Shown: positions 40,474-54,579, counted from the first letter of the stretch. The stretch is 64,000 nucleotides of DNA from Oopsacas minuta (GCA_024704765.1 JAKMXF010000055.1:504353-568352), one strand, 5' to 3'. Notes: generated from the letters alone by a model not told the origin. Numbers and translations: made by a program.

Positions 40474-41572
40474 TAAAAAAGCCCTAATTCCCACACATCA
40501 AAGTGATTCAAGTACATTGAGCAAGGTAAAGAAGAAACTCAGGGAATATCAAGTTGTCAATTAACATATACAAATATTTTGATATCTTTCAGATAGTTAG
40601 AAATTTTTCGATATTTTTCTGTGTCTTTGGAAATCAAGATATTCATATCTACGATAAAATATCGGAATGTACAAATTATGGATATTTTTCAGGGTTGAAA
40701 CCGCTCAAACCGAATATCAGTACTCATGAATCGTAGCCTAACCGAATAATTACATTATCGATTTGTCCAACCCAAAACAGAAAATCCTCGATTGAATCAG
40801 CCGAGCATCATTGAAAATATTTGGTTTGGGCTAAACGAATACTTAATATTGATATTCGGTTGGTAGCCGAATATTGAACTGTTCGCCGATATATAGTACA
40901 AGCAACCTTGATTCTTTTAAGTGATTTATCGGTGCCAAACATTGTAATCACAGATCATATTTGTAAATAGCTAGAAACCTGGAAGTTATTAACCTATGGC
41001 TATATATATAATAGCAACGATATTAATGGTCATACTTAGCATTCTATTAGAATGATTTGTCCACAAACAAAAAATGAAAGCATATCCTTTAGTCGCAAAA
41101 AGTAATAATAAGGTATACTAGTTACTGAAATATTTCACACTAATTGGCTGAACTTGTTATCCTAAGCAGTGTGGGCTAAGATAAAATCTTGCCGAGCCAC
41201 AATACGTTTTGTATCGTGATGGAGCTGAGAAGGACCTCAGTGAAACGTATGAGTAACTACAACATATATAACCATTTTAAAAAGGAATTGGACAAATTAA
41301 TAAAACCAAAAAGAACATTATGTACAAGGGAAGTCATGGATATTAGTGGGTACAACCATAGACTTCTATGTTTAAGCTGTAAAATTATGTAAAATACTAA
41401 AAACGGTGAGTAAATTGTACATGGGCCAAAGAATCACCGAGCGGATGACCATCCTCACGACCAACCTATGACCACTATCATGATATAAATATATACAACA
41501 AACATAGGAAATATATAATCTTGTTAGTGAATATCATAAGCACAACTGAATAATCGTAAAAAAATATAATAC

Positions 41573-41804
41573 CTCTTAAATGAGGAAAAGCATTGGAAAT
41601 TGAGAATCTGAATCTATTACTAAAGCTTTCACCCAAAGTCTGAGAGATGAACATGAATAAGGATTTCACTACAGCTTGCAACAAAGTTTGAAAGTCCATC
41701 AGAATTATCCTTACTTGTTGAATCTCAAAGATATAACTCAGACATAATAGAGCAGGGATCAACCAATCAACTTTTGAAAGTGGGTTAGAAAGACACATTG
41801 TGTT
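41573..41804 (-). CDS. HTT: HTT exon (phase 0 to 1), NTMCLSNPLSKVDWLIPALLCL...FPHLR
   Basis: Acceptor ttttatag, donor gtatta, 232 nt open; phase joins 37290 (G+AT = Asp). Sequence similarity itself is weak. Confidence 0.7.
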
Positions 41805-41959
41805 CTATAAAATTATACAGGATATAGGTGAAAATATTACTGATAGAACAAAAAGGTAGGTAACGTTGACTGTTGACATAGCCAAAAGAACAGACAATTG
41901 CGTAGCAATTAGTGGAACTTCTGTGCCAATAAACATAAGAAACGAAATCCTAGCAGTAC

Positions 41960-42148
41960 CTCTGATTGATTCTTGAAACATTTAATGGGAAAATCCCCAA
42001 ATTTTAAATGGGAACTTATAGTGATACTAAATATCACAGGAGCTATTGTCCAACCTTTGTGAGAAGTCCTGAATTTGGATACCCAAAATAATACATTAAC
42101 GTAAAAACTGAATAATATCTCAATGGTCCAGCAAAAGCGCGTGCACAA
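41960..42148 (-). CDS. HTT: Probable HTT exon (phase 0 to 0), LCTRFCW...KNQSE
   Basis: Acceptor tatttgtag, donor gtactg, 189 nt open; phase fits 41804. FWVSKFRTSH loosely resembles VVVSKLPSH. Confidence 0.6.
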
Positions 42149-42370
42149 CTACAAATAAGTATACTATATTTTAATATTGGAATGAATAATGCAATAACCA
42201 ACTTTGTATTAAGCAACACTATCGTGAAATTCTATTGAATACCATTTGACAACTCTGTCCAATATGTGCTACATTTAAATCAGAGGAAGGAACAAGGGCT
42301 ACAATATTCAACGTGTACCAATATGAATATTTGAATTAGAACAACACATAATAATAAAAGGATATGAATA

Positions 42371-44149
42371 CGAGGGGCACTCGAAAAGTTTTGCCGTTTG
42401 AAGTGAAACCATTAATCTGTCGGATATTTTTCCGCATCCATCTTTTCAGACATATTTTATCTTTCTTCTTTAAATTTTCATTCATTTATCTCTGCTACTA
42501 GGGTGCGACCCGTAAAGCCCGTGGTCCGTGGCCCGCTATCAAAGCCCGCGGCCCGCTTATTTATTCCACCGGCCCGTGATTTAGGAAATTTGTTTATTTT
42601 ATGGCACTGTTGGCTGAATTCGTGAATGTATTCTCAAAGAATTGAGAATTCATATAAATTCCGCGTTATAAGATGCGGGAAATCGTGTGCGCAAATAGTA
42701 TATATATATGAAACTTTATATATATGCAACACTTTGATTGTTTCGTTAGTTACAGAAACACTGACATGATTCTACCTCTCTATGAGGATTATTAGATTAA
42801 ACAAAATAACATTTATAATACTTGTGATACTTAGATATACTAAAATAGTAATAATTTCATGACCTAATTCTATAATTAAAGTATATTCATCATCTTTAAA
42901 ATTGTTCTTTTTGACTCTTTTCAGCCCGTTTTGTGCCCGCAGCCCGTGATTTACAATAAAGCCCGCACGGGTCGCACCCTAGCTCTTCTACTTTCATAAA
43001 TTAGATAATTTTAGAATACATGACTCCTAAAATCTCAATCTAAATCAGATCTCACAAAACGTGATTTCGAGCAATGATTTTGATCTTATTCAAACTACAG
43101 AAGACAAAAGTAGAAATCTATGAATCTTTACAGGAACATTTCCCGGATCTAGCTCCTTCTCTAAGTGCAGTTGAACGATGGTACAGGGAATTCATTCACG
43201 GAAACTTTGTTCAGGAAGACCGAATATCTCACATAATAAAGAAAATGTTAACGAAATGCTAGATCTAATTACTAAAGATCTTCATATTACGTACGCTCAG
43301 TTAGAGTATGAAACCGAGTTATCATCGGGGACAATTAATATCATTTTGCACAAAGAGCTTTGTGTCAGGAAGTTGTGTGCCCGATGGATCCCCCATTCTT
43401 TGGACTTACAGCAAAAAATATCGCGCATAGACTTTTGCAAAATTATGCTCAAAAGGTTTGCTAATGGAAGTTCAAGAGCTATTTCTGAGATCCTTACAGG
43501 TGATGAGACATGGATATACCATTATGATCCAGAAGCAAAGCGAATGTCAAAGGAGTGGGTTGAAGAAGATGCCCACCTCAAACCAAAGTGCGGAGGGTTA
43601 GATCTGTTGGGAAACAAATGTGGTCGATTTTTTTCAGATCTTGTGTGTTTGTCGAAGCTGTTACTCTCGAGGATAGAAAGACTGTTACTGCCAACTGGTA
43701 CACTACAGTGTGCCTACCCAAAGTTATCACCGCAATTGAGTCACAGCGTGAGAAGACAGACATTAGAGGAATTCTTCTTCATCATGATAATGCATCATCG
43801 CATACGGCAATCAGAACTAGTTCGTTTTCGGTAAATTCTGGACTCAAAACATTACCTCACCCACCCTACAGTCCTGATTTAGCACCTTGCGGCTTCTAGT
43901 CGTTCCCTAGACTCAAAGATCAATTACATGGGAGGAGATTTTAGACTAATTAGGAGTTGAGAGGGGGACTTTTCCAAGCGATCGGAGACATACCCAAAGA
44001 AGAGTGGAAAAATGTTTTGATAATTGGTTTGCCAGAATGAAAAAAATGTATAAATTGTCAGAGAGAGTATTTTCAAAAAATGTAATAGTCAATTTTATTA
44101 TTACTATCTGATATGTCAGTCAACGTCAAAACTGTTCGAGTACCCGTCG
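42371..44149 (+). mobile_element. Mariner, full length (~1286 bp without the nested MITE), defective
   Basis: TA-flanked TIRs cgaggggcactcgaaaagttttg and cgacgggtactcgaacagttttg. Motifs TGDETWIYHYDPE, HHDNASSHT and HPPYSPDLAPCGF (third D replaced by G). Confidence 0.93.
42498..42982. mobile_element. Non-autonomous MITE (hAT-like by 8-bp TSD) nested in the mariner 5' region, 485 bp
   Basis: Perfect 16-bp TIR CTAGGGTGCGACCCGT. Flanks are CTCTGCTA and CTCTTCTA (7/8). Clustered GCCCGC/GCCCGT subterminal motifs occur at both ends. Confidence 0.8.
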
Positions 44150-45554
44150 TACATTCGGTATATATTTAACAACAAATATTATATAAGTCTATCATGTCAC
44201 CTAAATGATAGACAAATTTTCTCAAGACAGATGAATTAGATAATGCAAGACACTTCAAACAAATACAGTGGTCATCCCAAATATTGCACATGTAATAAGA
44301 ACATTCTGCAAATATGAAAAATTCTCCTGTCAACTGAATTCTAGTCTTGGACTGAGAATACTAACGGTTCATAGTAATAATTATCAAAACAATAAAAGAA
44401 ATCCTGGAGGCGGTTCTAAAAGCGATAACGGCCAAGTCGTTTGAGAATATGAAAATTTGGAGCTAAGATTATCTCGGCTCTGAGACTATCACAGTACTAA
44501 AAGATTATATCTCATTGAGATTGGCATAAAATCAACTCAGCAACCAAACAAAGATTAAAAGGGAAAGAAGATCAATGCGACAAAATATTTTTTGCGATTT
44601 TCGATATTATATTTTGCTAAAATATTCATATGCTTTGGTAGTCAGGTACAATACGCGTATTTGCACAAATGCCTTGTAAATTTGATAGATATGATGTTGT
44701 AATCATTCCACAGGTCTGTACCATGCTTCTTGGTCTAGATTCATATCACCTTTTGGGGAAGATTGTCCATTTGGGTGATGCCAAGTGGAGCTTGTGAGTC
44801 TTAACGCAAGGATTGCATCAATAAGGCTTTACATCCCTAAAGGTACTGTTAAAATTTGTGTTTTGATGTCTCAGATAATTCTCTAGGTTCCTATATCGTC
44901 AGCAGTTTAGACTTTCATCTAATATGCCTTGGATATACTTATTTCACATGTTTCATTGAAATATTGAAACAAAATTAGATAACGCGTGAACTTTCCAATC
45001 AATTTGTTTTGCAATAATAAGATAATGTTGCAAGCATAAAGTCAGAATCTCTGATAGGGTTCACTCAAGGTTAGGAACAGGTTTAATCTAAAATCGGGTT
45101 TTCTTACCTGTCGGTAAATTCTTATATTATTCTTTGAATGTAAAGAATTGTAAGATGATTTCTACTGTACAATCTAAAGGGCATGTATCTAGCAGTATGC
45201 CGCCGCTCGATGATACAAATTCGTTTAGGTAGTTTAGGCTGGCAGTCAGAGCAAAGAATACGACCCTGCATACTTTCTTTAAGGCACAGGCTTTGAATCT
45301 TGGTTCTTGTTACTGGCCACATATAAAGATTCTGGCTAAACTTTAGGAACACGAGAGGAAATCCATTGCCGATAGAGGCCAGAAACAGTTGAAAATAATT
45401 ATGTGCTAATTTTTTCATATTGTATAAATTTTAACGCCACTGTTTAAGTATAAATGGATATATTCGGAAAGTACGGACAGTGTAATATTATTTTCATGTT
45501 GACCTGTGTGATGTATGAATATATTTCCAAACGATATAAACTAATCACGGTATA

Positions 45555-46904
45555 CAGTCTGTCCAAGAATTATTGCAAAACCAAGCCATTTATATTCAAC
45601 CACAATTTACTGAATACGCAACTAGATATATACTCGAAACATTCGAATTGCAAATACTTATATGTTACTTCTCCATTCCGTTTAAATTTCTTTAAATTAC
45701 ATTATTATTGTTCTCAGTCACTTAATACATAATTATAACGTCACTGTTTTAATAGAATTCATTCGTAATCAGCGTTTTTTCCCTTTACTATTTAGCATAG
45801 ATTATTTCAATGGCTCAAGAGTCATACAGAATAAAGATTGAGACTCTGTTTAATGGAGGTAAACATACACCGACTGAGATTTCACGACTTTTGAAAGTGA
45901 ATCGGACTACTGTATATAGGGTTAAAAATACGATCTGATGCTGGTTTTTCCATTAAAAACAAACGAGGAGGTGGGAGACCTGGTAAAATATTCAAGAGCA
46001 TCAAGTATTCTGCTACACAGAAAATTAAATCAGATCCAGAGATAAATTTACGCAAACTGGCCAATAAATTAACAGAGAAAAAGAAGAAGAAAGTTTGTAA
46101 GAGTACTGTTCATTAGACACTGGGTGGTCTAAAGTATTCTAAGCCTTTTCCCAAACAAATTCCGTTGTTATCTGAAAAAAATCAGTTGTTTAGGATTGAG
46201 TGGGCGCGTAAAAACATGAATAAATTATGGTGCCGGGCTGTTTTTTCGGATGAAGCATCTTTTTAGTTGAATAGGGGGAGAGTCAGAATGTGGACAAAGT
46301 CGGGAAATAACGGTTCCAAAAAATAACGAAGCATTCGTCAAAATTACACATTTGGGCGGTTTTCGTCTTTGGAACGTTTCCTATCTGTATTTTTCGACAG
46401 AGCTTGGACGCGAAGCTGTTTGTTAACATTTTAAAGTGGCATCTAATCGACCAAGCAGAGGTATTTCATAGAAACCGCTGGTTTCTTGTTCAAGACAATG
46501 ATCCTAAGCACAAATCAAAGTTAGTTAAAGGATGGATGTCTGAGAATATGCCGAATAGTGTGTTTGAATGGCCAAGTCAATCACCAGAACTTAACCCTAT
46601 CGAAAATGAGTTTGCAGTCTTGAAGGGTCATGTAAGCAACAACATCCTAAGAACTTAGCAGAGCTGGAAACTTCTATTTTGGGAGTTTGGGATTCACTGT
46701 CACCGGAATTCCTAAGATCTTATTGGAAATCAATGAAGCGTAGGTGTCAGATGGTGATTACAATAACAGAAATAAGATTAACTACTAATTTGAGTATACT
46801 GCAAACAAATTGATATCACCTTAAACAATATATCACATAAAATTCAGATGTTTTATAGAATAACATTTACTTTACCAGTGTTGCAATAATTCTTGGACAA
46901 ACTG
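45555..46904 (+). mobile_element. Tc1-like transposon (D35E spacing), full length, defective, 1350 bp
   Basis: TA-flanked TIRs cagtctgtccaagaattattgcaa and cagtttgtccaagaattattgcaa. ATG at ~45810; motifs FSDE, VQDNDPKH and ELNPIENEF. Confidence 0.92.
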
Positions 46905-48915
46905 TATATAAAAACTTTGTGTATACGATGAATATCTTGGAGTTATGTCCACCTTATTCACCATCAGTGATGTATCATGTACATTTCACGAGTGTAAGTT
47001 AACAGTAACTTGTGAGTAATGATATCAAGCTAACACTCAAATATTCTGTCAATTTCCTATCTAAAACCTCAAAACCTTTGAGCACAAGGGATAATCTAGG
47101 AGCACGGGACAATCCTCTGGGCGTATGATTGATGAAAATATATCTCGGAGCGTGAAGATTGAGGGTCTGTCACTATACTAGAAAAACCAATACTTATAAT
47201 AATTGTGATTTAGGGTGTATGAAAATTCGAGGGCGCGGAGCGCTACAAGACTTGAATTGGGTATTTGGAGGTAGAAATTTAAACTTTCTGAGGTTGTTCC
47301 TCATCATAAAAAACTCATACTGCCAAATACTTCCAGGTCCAAAACCTCATTATTTGTCACATTTACTACTTACGAGACTTATTTGAGGGCATTAAAATAT
47401 AGCTAACGTACTAAGGTTAAACTTCATGTTTCTATGTAGATATTAATAATTAGTTAAAAATCTCCCGTGATTCGAATAGTTCTTGTATCACGTATCTATA
47501 GTAACAAGAATGTCTCAGGAATTTGACAACATTTATTCTCAAAATTAGTGCTATCGCGCAAGCACATTGAAAGCAATATTATGAATACATACAATTCTTT
47601 TGAGTAATTGGCAGATATATGGATTTTCTAAACATATGTACATCTTGGGTTAAAATTACAAATTGAGTGTAATTTAACTTTTTGGAATTCCTCCAGGACT
47701 CGGTAAAGTTGTTGGTTTGGGTGTTAAAGCCACCAAAATAAATATTGTTAGCCACCAAAATGCTGAAGATGGTGGATTAGTTAAGCTACCAAATATTTTG
47801 ATCCTACACAAAATCGGATAATAGACTTGAAAAGTATGTAGGATGGTTTCTAATGCTGCAGAATGATCTATATTTTGGGGCTGAGCTTTGCTATCAACAA
47901 ATATTTATTATGTCGAACACTGATCTACTTATTCAACCCCCTCTTCTGTAATGGTTACTTCTGTATTTTCTCCTAATTTGTTTGAGAGTAAATTTGCAAT
48001 CTATTTGAAGCAAGATTCCAAAAATGGATTTAAGGAGGTGTAAGTTCATTTCAATCTTTAAGGCATTTGCAATTCCACAGAATGGGAGAACATCAATCGT
48101 GATTCCAGCAGAGAGATTCCTATAATATAATGTCTTGGGCATTGAAACAATTAATATCGTAATCTTGTATCAAATGAGAAGTGAAAATGCACATTTGTGT
48201 GCTAATCGATTCAGCTAGCAAGAGTAGGCAAACTTTTTTCTGTGTGAGCCGCATTCAAATTCCAAATGTTTATGCGGGCAGTATTGACCCACGACTACAA
48301 TCATGTTCAAATTTATTAGGGAAGCCCAACTAGCTGATTATAAAATCAAGAATCATTATACAATTAAATTAACAAATATCGTATAATGAGAGATACTATT
48401 GTTTAATGAAATTCCGAAAGTGTAAGGAAGAGTAAGACAGTAATCAAATAATTAGAGTATTCAAATAACTTAAGTCAGGCGAGCAGGTTCAAATCACAAG
48501 CAGGCCAGATCCGGGCGCGGGTCCTGATTCCTCCATCGCTGGTTTAGGCGAACTGCGACTTGCACGCGCAGGGGCTTTGACTTAGGAGTTAACACGAATT
48601 TTGAGAATAGTATGTTCTTGCCTTCCTGAAACATTATTGTATTGCAATTAACAAAAAGTAATGAAGGGACCACTTGAACGATAGGAAACTTTAGGCATGA
48701 TGAGGTATATTAGGGATCACCTATTGGATAGTGGACATTAAGGTAGTCAACCCAAGTATTATATATGGTTTTCTGAGAACGCTCCTAGAGCCCATCCACC
48801 CAAATTTTCATAAGCATAAATCAGTAATCGTCGTATGTTGAAAGATCCTTGAACTTTCACGGTCCGAGTTATTGTTTCATCAAATCACACTCGTAGAGGA
48901 GCGTCAGGCGCTCCT

Positions 48916-49020
48916 AGAAAATCTCCTGTGCTGGACCATTTTCAGGTGATTTGATAGAAAATTGACACAAAGATTGAGTGTAAGGATGAAATCATGATTC
49001 ACAGCTCGCAGATAACTTAC
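48916..49020 (+). mobile_element. Possible BED-finger (hAT) relic
   Basis: RKSPVLDHF resembles the KSPVWDHF start of BED fingers. The rest is interrupted by stops. Confidence 0.25.
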
Positions 49021-51102
49021 ACTCGAGAAATGTACATTATACATACTGATGGTCAATAAGGTGGATATAACTCTACAATAAAATTAATATACTCTAATAA
49101 ATTTATATAACTCCACGTAAATCGGATGAATATTCAAAATGCCGCCCTAAAGACACTCAAAAGGATCTAGGACAGGGGAATAAGGCAAATTTAAAACACA
49201 ATTCACAGTTTATAGCTATGATATGTCCCTAATATGTATCAATAAGAAAAATATATGTACTATTTTGATTCCATTAGCATTTGTTTTTAAGCTTCAGAAT
49301 AGAGCAAAGCCAAACCAGATGTAAATCGTATTCGCATCTTATTATATCAGAATTACTTTGGATGAATTGGGAAACAACAATAAAACACCAGTGAATAGTG
49401 AAAATGAAGGGTACATTAGAAATCTGTTAATACATCACAAAGGTCAACATCATAATGTCATTTGGTCATCTGTACATTCTTATTAAATCCATTTTAACAT
49501 TGACAGTTGAATTAATATGAGGGAAAATCAAAATTTAGGAGGCCAGAATATTGCATTGGCTTGTTTCAGGGCCTATATCGACAATGGTCTCACAGAATTC
49601 CTCCTGGGCTCCCAGAAGTCTGCCCAAGGTTCATCTATTCACTATTTATCTTGCAGCTAGAATCAAGAAAATACTACAGCCATGAAGAAAGTAAGGGTAT
49701 CATATACCAGGGTCTGGACAATGGTGCTTAAGCGCCAAGAGAACTTCCACTAAATCCGCTTCTGAATGTATAGGATATATGTAGAACATAATCTATGTAT
49801 TCTAAATTATTTCAGGACTGTGTCTAATATGTGTCTAGTAATAGTATGTTTCGAAATATTTAATTCCAAGGTGAATATATGAAACGATTGAAAGATACTT
49901 CAATACAAAATGTCAAAACATTGTGCTACATAAGTGGGCTTCTTCTTAAGTTCTAGTAGACATGTATCACATATAAATACACCAGTAAAGGGCACCAACC
50001 TGCATCTATATATGTCCATATATTTGTATAAGTGCTGCAGTCACCTAAAGTTTACGTAAACAAAGAAAATTTGACGATTGCCTACGTGTCTTCTTCAGAA
50101 GTCCGACAAAATATTAGTAATTTTAGTATTGTTAGTAATTTAAAACTTTAATTGATTATCACTTTGAAATAGAATAAATATTGTTATAGTTAGAGCAGTG
50201 TTAATAATAGATTTTTGAATTGCTGCACCGATTTTTCATCGAAAATGGTCAATGCACTTCAGTCAAGGTTGAGTTCGATTTTCCCAAAGTCTGCGATTAG
50301 TACACATACTTTACACTTTTGGAAACGGGCTGGGACACTTACTGGGTAAAAATGTATGCGTATATAATGGTGGTAAGGAACAGTTGCAATTGACGGATAT
50401 TTAGGTGTGTCCACTTCTCCAGATAATAAGAATACAACTACAAAAGAAGTGGGAAGGTCAAGAATTTCAAGATAGCAAGAGAAATCTACCACAATATTTT
50501 TTTCATGTTTTTCAGGTACAACTTTGTCCTACTAAGATTTCAACAATTGTAGATCAGAGTTACACGCAGGGCTAAAATTTGTAACATCAGCATGCAATGT
50601 AATTATCCAGGCTATGACCAGCCCCGCGGCCCACAATACAAAAAGTTATTGCCTCTTGGGTGCCCAACGAGACCCAAGAATGATGTGTATCGGCCTCAGG
50701 ATACAAATTCTGTATTAGCCATACAACATATCTATTGCAAAGACAATATGTGTTTATAGTGAATATTGTACTTCGATATTTGAATAGCCATCGTTTAAAA
50801 CTCATAGGAGATACTCTCTAGTTTCCTATCTTCCAAAGATGTGAGAGAATAGCAACATTCAACTAACGGGAATATGCAAAGTTATTATGCCCGTCAAAAC
50901 TCTTATGGCCCACAGCTAGACATTGGACCCACCTGAGTACTTGATCCGTCCTAGTATAAATTAATCCTATACATCACCTACCTTTAGCAATCCTGTGCTA
51001 TAACTCTGGAAATGTAATACAAAGATTTTTATCAAAGGAAAGGCCATATATTAGTTTGAAATCATAAAATGCATTAAGTTATAGAATGGGAATAGATTAT
51101 AC

Positions 51103-51333
51103 CTGAAAATGTCGAAATCCAAATTTTAACAGAAACTGAGGATATTCAACAACATCATTCAAAATTTCAGGAAACACAGTGTGACCATCACATATTGACA
51201 ATAAACAACGAGTAGCCTTGAATATCAAGGTGGGATTGGTAATCTCAGAAGTTGGAGAAATATATTGTACAAATGAAAGAGAACATGCTCTCAATAATTG
51301 GAAAAATGAATTGTTTACCTCCTGAATATCAGC
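51103..51333 (-). CDS. HTT: HTT exon (phase 0 to 0), ADIQEV...NPTLIFKATRCLLSI...FRHFQ
   Basis: Acceptor ttctttag, donor gtataa, 231 nt open. SFVQYI..ITNPTLIFKATRCL resembles LFIQAI..LSTPTMLKKTLQCL. Confidence 0.72.
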
Positions 51334-52352
51334 CTAAAGAAGGTAGTAAATATTAAATAACACGTGAAATATCAATACCTCATTTGTTAAGTTAATACCA
51401 GAAGGCTGGCTATATACTCAGCAACTTTGATCGGGGTTGGTAAGTATAAACACTAAGACATTAAGTTTTCCATACTACGCGTGCGATATGCAACAGTTTA
51501 GGTGCCTCGAAGATAGAAATCGCTGTGATCATTCTAGGTATTAATCATAATCGGTACAAATCACTTTAAATGTCATTCTCTTACGACACTATAGATGATT
51601 CCTGAATTTGGCTGTCGCCTTCTGAACTCGGTTCATTTGCGTATTTGGATGATATTAACGTATACCTCTTGGATTTAATTGTATTGGCAATGCTTTACAT
51701 ACAAAAATCTTCAGAATGTTGAAATTGCAAGCAATAAAAAATTGCTAAGAACGCATGTATCAATTATCTCCTAAAGGGAACAAAGAACATAATGAAAAGA
51801 ATCAAAAGCCAATTGCACTCGGGGAAACCTCATATACGTGCATGTAGCACTATGTATCTGGTAGCTACCCCTTCTATATATTCGTCTCCAGGAACTATGA
51901 CAGCAATTCAGGAACAGTAGAAGCATTATACAGTCTATGATGTGGACCACTATCAGCCCGGATGATCATCCTTACATCCCTGGCTCAATATCCTTTCATC
52001 AGATCTACAAGGGTTGTTCAATAAGTAATGAAACAAATGTATCGAATTCATATTCTAGTTTGTACAACCCTAAGCCTAATATCAGATTACAGGCCTAACT
52101 TGATTATCTAACTTCTTTACTATATACTCTTTACTCGACTAGCATATTCTTCAGCTTTAAGCTTCATTTGTATAGGCTACTTTTGCTCAACTAATGGATT
52201 TTAGCAAAGGAGGAAATCGACAAATAATTTGATACTAAGGTCAACTTCAGTTGATAAATGAATTTTGAAGGTGGATAATCAATCTTAAGCGAAAGTGAAC
52301 TGCCACATTGCAACCTATCACCCAAAATAAGTGTAGCAGGGTTGCAACATAC

Positions 52353-52420
52353 ATATACCCAGATAGCAATCAGGCATGCATCACCTCTCCATTGCATCAT
52401 AAATAGCCAATACAACAATT
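52353..52420 (-). CDS. HTT: Probable short HTT exon (phase 1 to 0), (E)LLYWLFMMQW...IWVY
   Basis: Acceptor actattag; donor gtatgt after 52353 (alternative gtatat after 52359). ELLYWL resembles EHLTWL, and spacing to the next exon matches the recalled human sequence within a few residues. Confidence 0.55.
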
Positions 52421-53255
52421 CTAATAGTGTGATAAATACCATAGGGAAGCGTTTAAAAGTGTGTTTAATAATCCAAAGTAAATTCGCACAACAACAACCT
52501 TGGGAAGTACTATAGCCTTATACGATGAACGGCAACTGTGTATATCTTCTCCCATATTTTGCAGCGAAAAATTCGAAATACAAACTCTATGACGAATCTA
52601 TATAATCAAGCAAAAATATTTGCGTTTTCTATCAATATAGCAAAAGATGAAAAGTCTTCAAACTTGAATTGCGGGTCTAGCTCAGAGGCAAGGAATCATA
52701 ACCTCAGTATTTCAATCTTTTACCAATAAATATCCATCTTCCAAACACTCATAAAAAATATGTCTGAAAACTAAGTATCCAAGAGATTTGATGACTATTC
52801 AAATTCCCTTTTATGCTTGAGATCAGTACATCAAAATATTTTCCATTTCGTTTAGTTCGAGATAAAACCAACCTAAGCAAAAGATCAGAAAATTCAACAC
52901 TATAAACGCTCTCTAAAACTAGTTCATGCTCAAGTGCATGATTCATTTCCAAATCACGTAATTGTTTTGCCTCAAATTTTACAGTTGTTTGATCAATACT
53001 GTACTGTTTGCTAAAATACCTTTGAAGTAAAAACTCTACTCATCACTGAATAGAGGATACATTTTCCTTGGCTCAATTCAATCAATAACCCAGTAGCGTA
53101 ACAATTAAACTTTCCCTACTGAGCAAATCATAACTCTTGCCAAAAATGAAATCAAACTAACCACGTGCGAAAGGCACCGCGTATCCTGGACCCACTTATC
53201 AGAGATTTTGGGAGTTTCTAAATACCATAATCGCCTCAACTATTTTCTAAATGTA

Positions 53256-54579
53256 CAACGGGCGCTCAAAAGGTTCCTGACCCTACTTCAGATTTTGTAA
53301 CTATACAGAATAGACATGCACAACTGTTATATTGTCTCGAAATAAGCACTATTGACGTCTAAGACACGTTATAAACGATCTAGCCCATTAAAAAAATACA
53401 TTTTATAGCCTCCGAGCGGTATTTCTCTTAGGGATTTACAAATTATGTCCTCCAGGTCGATTCTGATATCAAAATGCCTGCTTGCAAGGATCCATTTTCA
53501 ACTTTGCAAAGAGCCAGAAATCACAAGGAGCGAAGTCAGGTGAGTAATCTAGATCATCAACTCTCATTCTATCCAACTCTGACTTTATGAGTTTATATTT
53601 ATCTGGTCATGTATTGTCGTGAAATAATCACATGTCCTGCGGTCCAGACATTGGCTTCCGCTCCCTGTAATCTTTCTCTACTTCTGGACGGAAATTGTTG
53701 GCATAAAAGTCCCAGGTAATTATCTTCCCCTTTGGAAATATAATCTGAGCAACTGGGTCATATCTATCAAAGAAAATTGAGTACAGGAACTTCAGATCTC
53801 TGAAGTCATGCATAGGATTGAGAGGAAGCGCCACATATTTTACGACCCGTACCATATTTCTTTCTTTGGATAGTGGCTCGTCGTATCCTATCCACGTCTC
53901 GTCATTAGTAATGATTTCTGCCAGCCATCTTTGATCCAAGTCTATATATTCGAAGAGCATTTCTTGCACAAGTTACCCGACGGTCCTTTTGGTCATTTGT
54001 AAGGGAATGCGAGATCCTCCTAGAACAAATTTTGCTAACTTTCAGCCCATCGATAAGTATGGAATGAACAGCTCCCGTTGAGATTCCTACACTCATAGCT
54101 AACTCCTCCACAGTGATATGAGGATCTTCTTCCACTTTCCAGCGAATTTCTGAGGTGTTACTGCTAGTTGTGGCGGATCTGGGACGCCCGATTCGTTCCT
54201 CATCTTCCAGCGACTTTCGTCCTTCTTGAAACCGTTTGCCTACTCCTTACCTGTAGTATATGAAAGGCTAGCATCTCCATAAACGAATTCCAAGGCAATG
54301 AGAATATCCTTCTGGCCAACACCAAGAAGCCTTCGAATTTTGATATAGGATATTTGCTCAAATTTCATATTTGAAGCCATAAATACTGAAAATACAAAGA
54401 TAATCTATATTTGAGAAATTTGAAATAATCGTAACTAGAAATCTATTGACGATATGGCGAAAGTTAAATTAGTTCTGAATAGATAGTGAAATAAGGTTCA
54501 TTATGAATACAGATACATAATATAATATCTTAAATCTTCAATTCTACGGCCAAGGTCAAGAACCTTTTGATGCCCCTTG
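53256..54579 (-). mobile_element. Mariner, full length, defective, 1324 bp
   Basis: TA-flanked TIRs caacgggcgctcaaaaggttcctgacc and caaggggcatcaaaaggttcttgacc. EDPHITVEEL..GISTGAVHSIL HTH and ITNDETWI motif. Confidence 0.9.

Noticed and set aside
52724-53010. ORF 52749-52952 (NSHQISWIL) as an HTT exon
   Set aside because: Needs a frameshift to reach a donor. The 55123-52420-51333 chain explains the same region without one.
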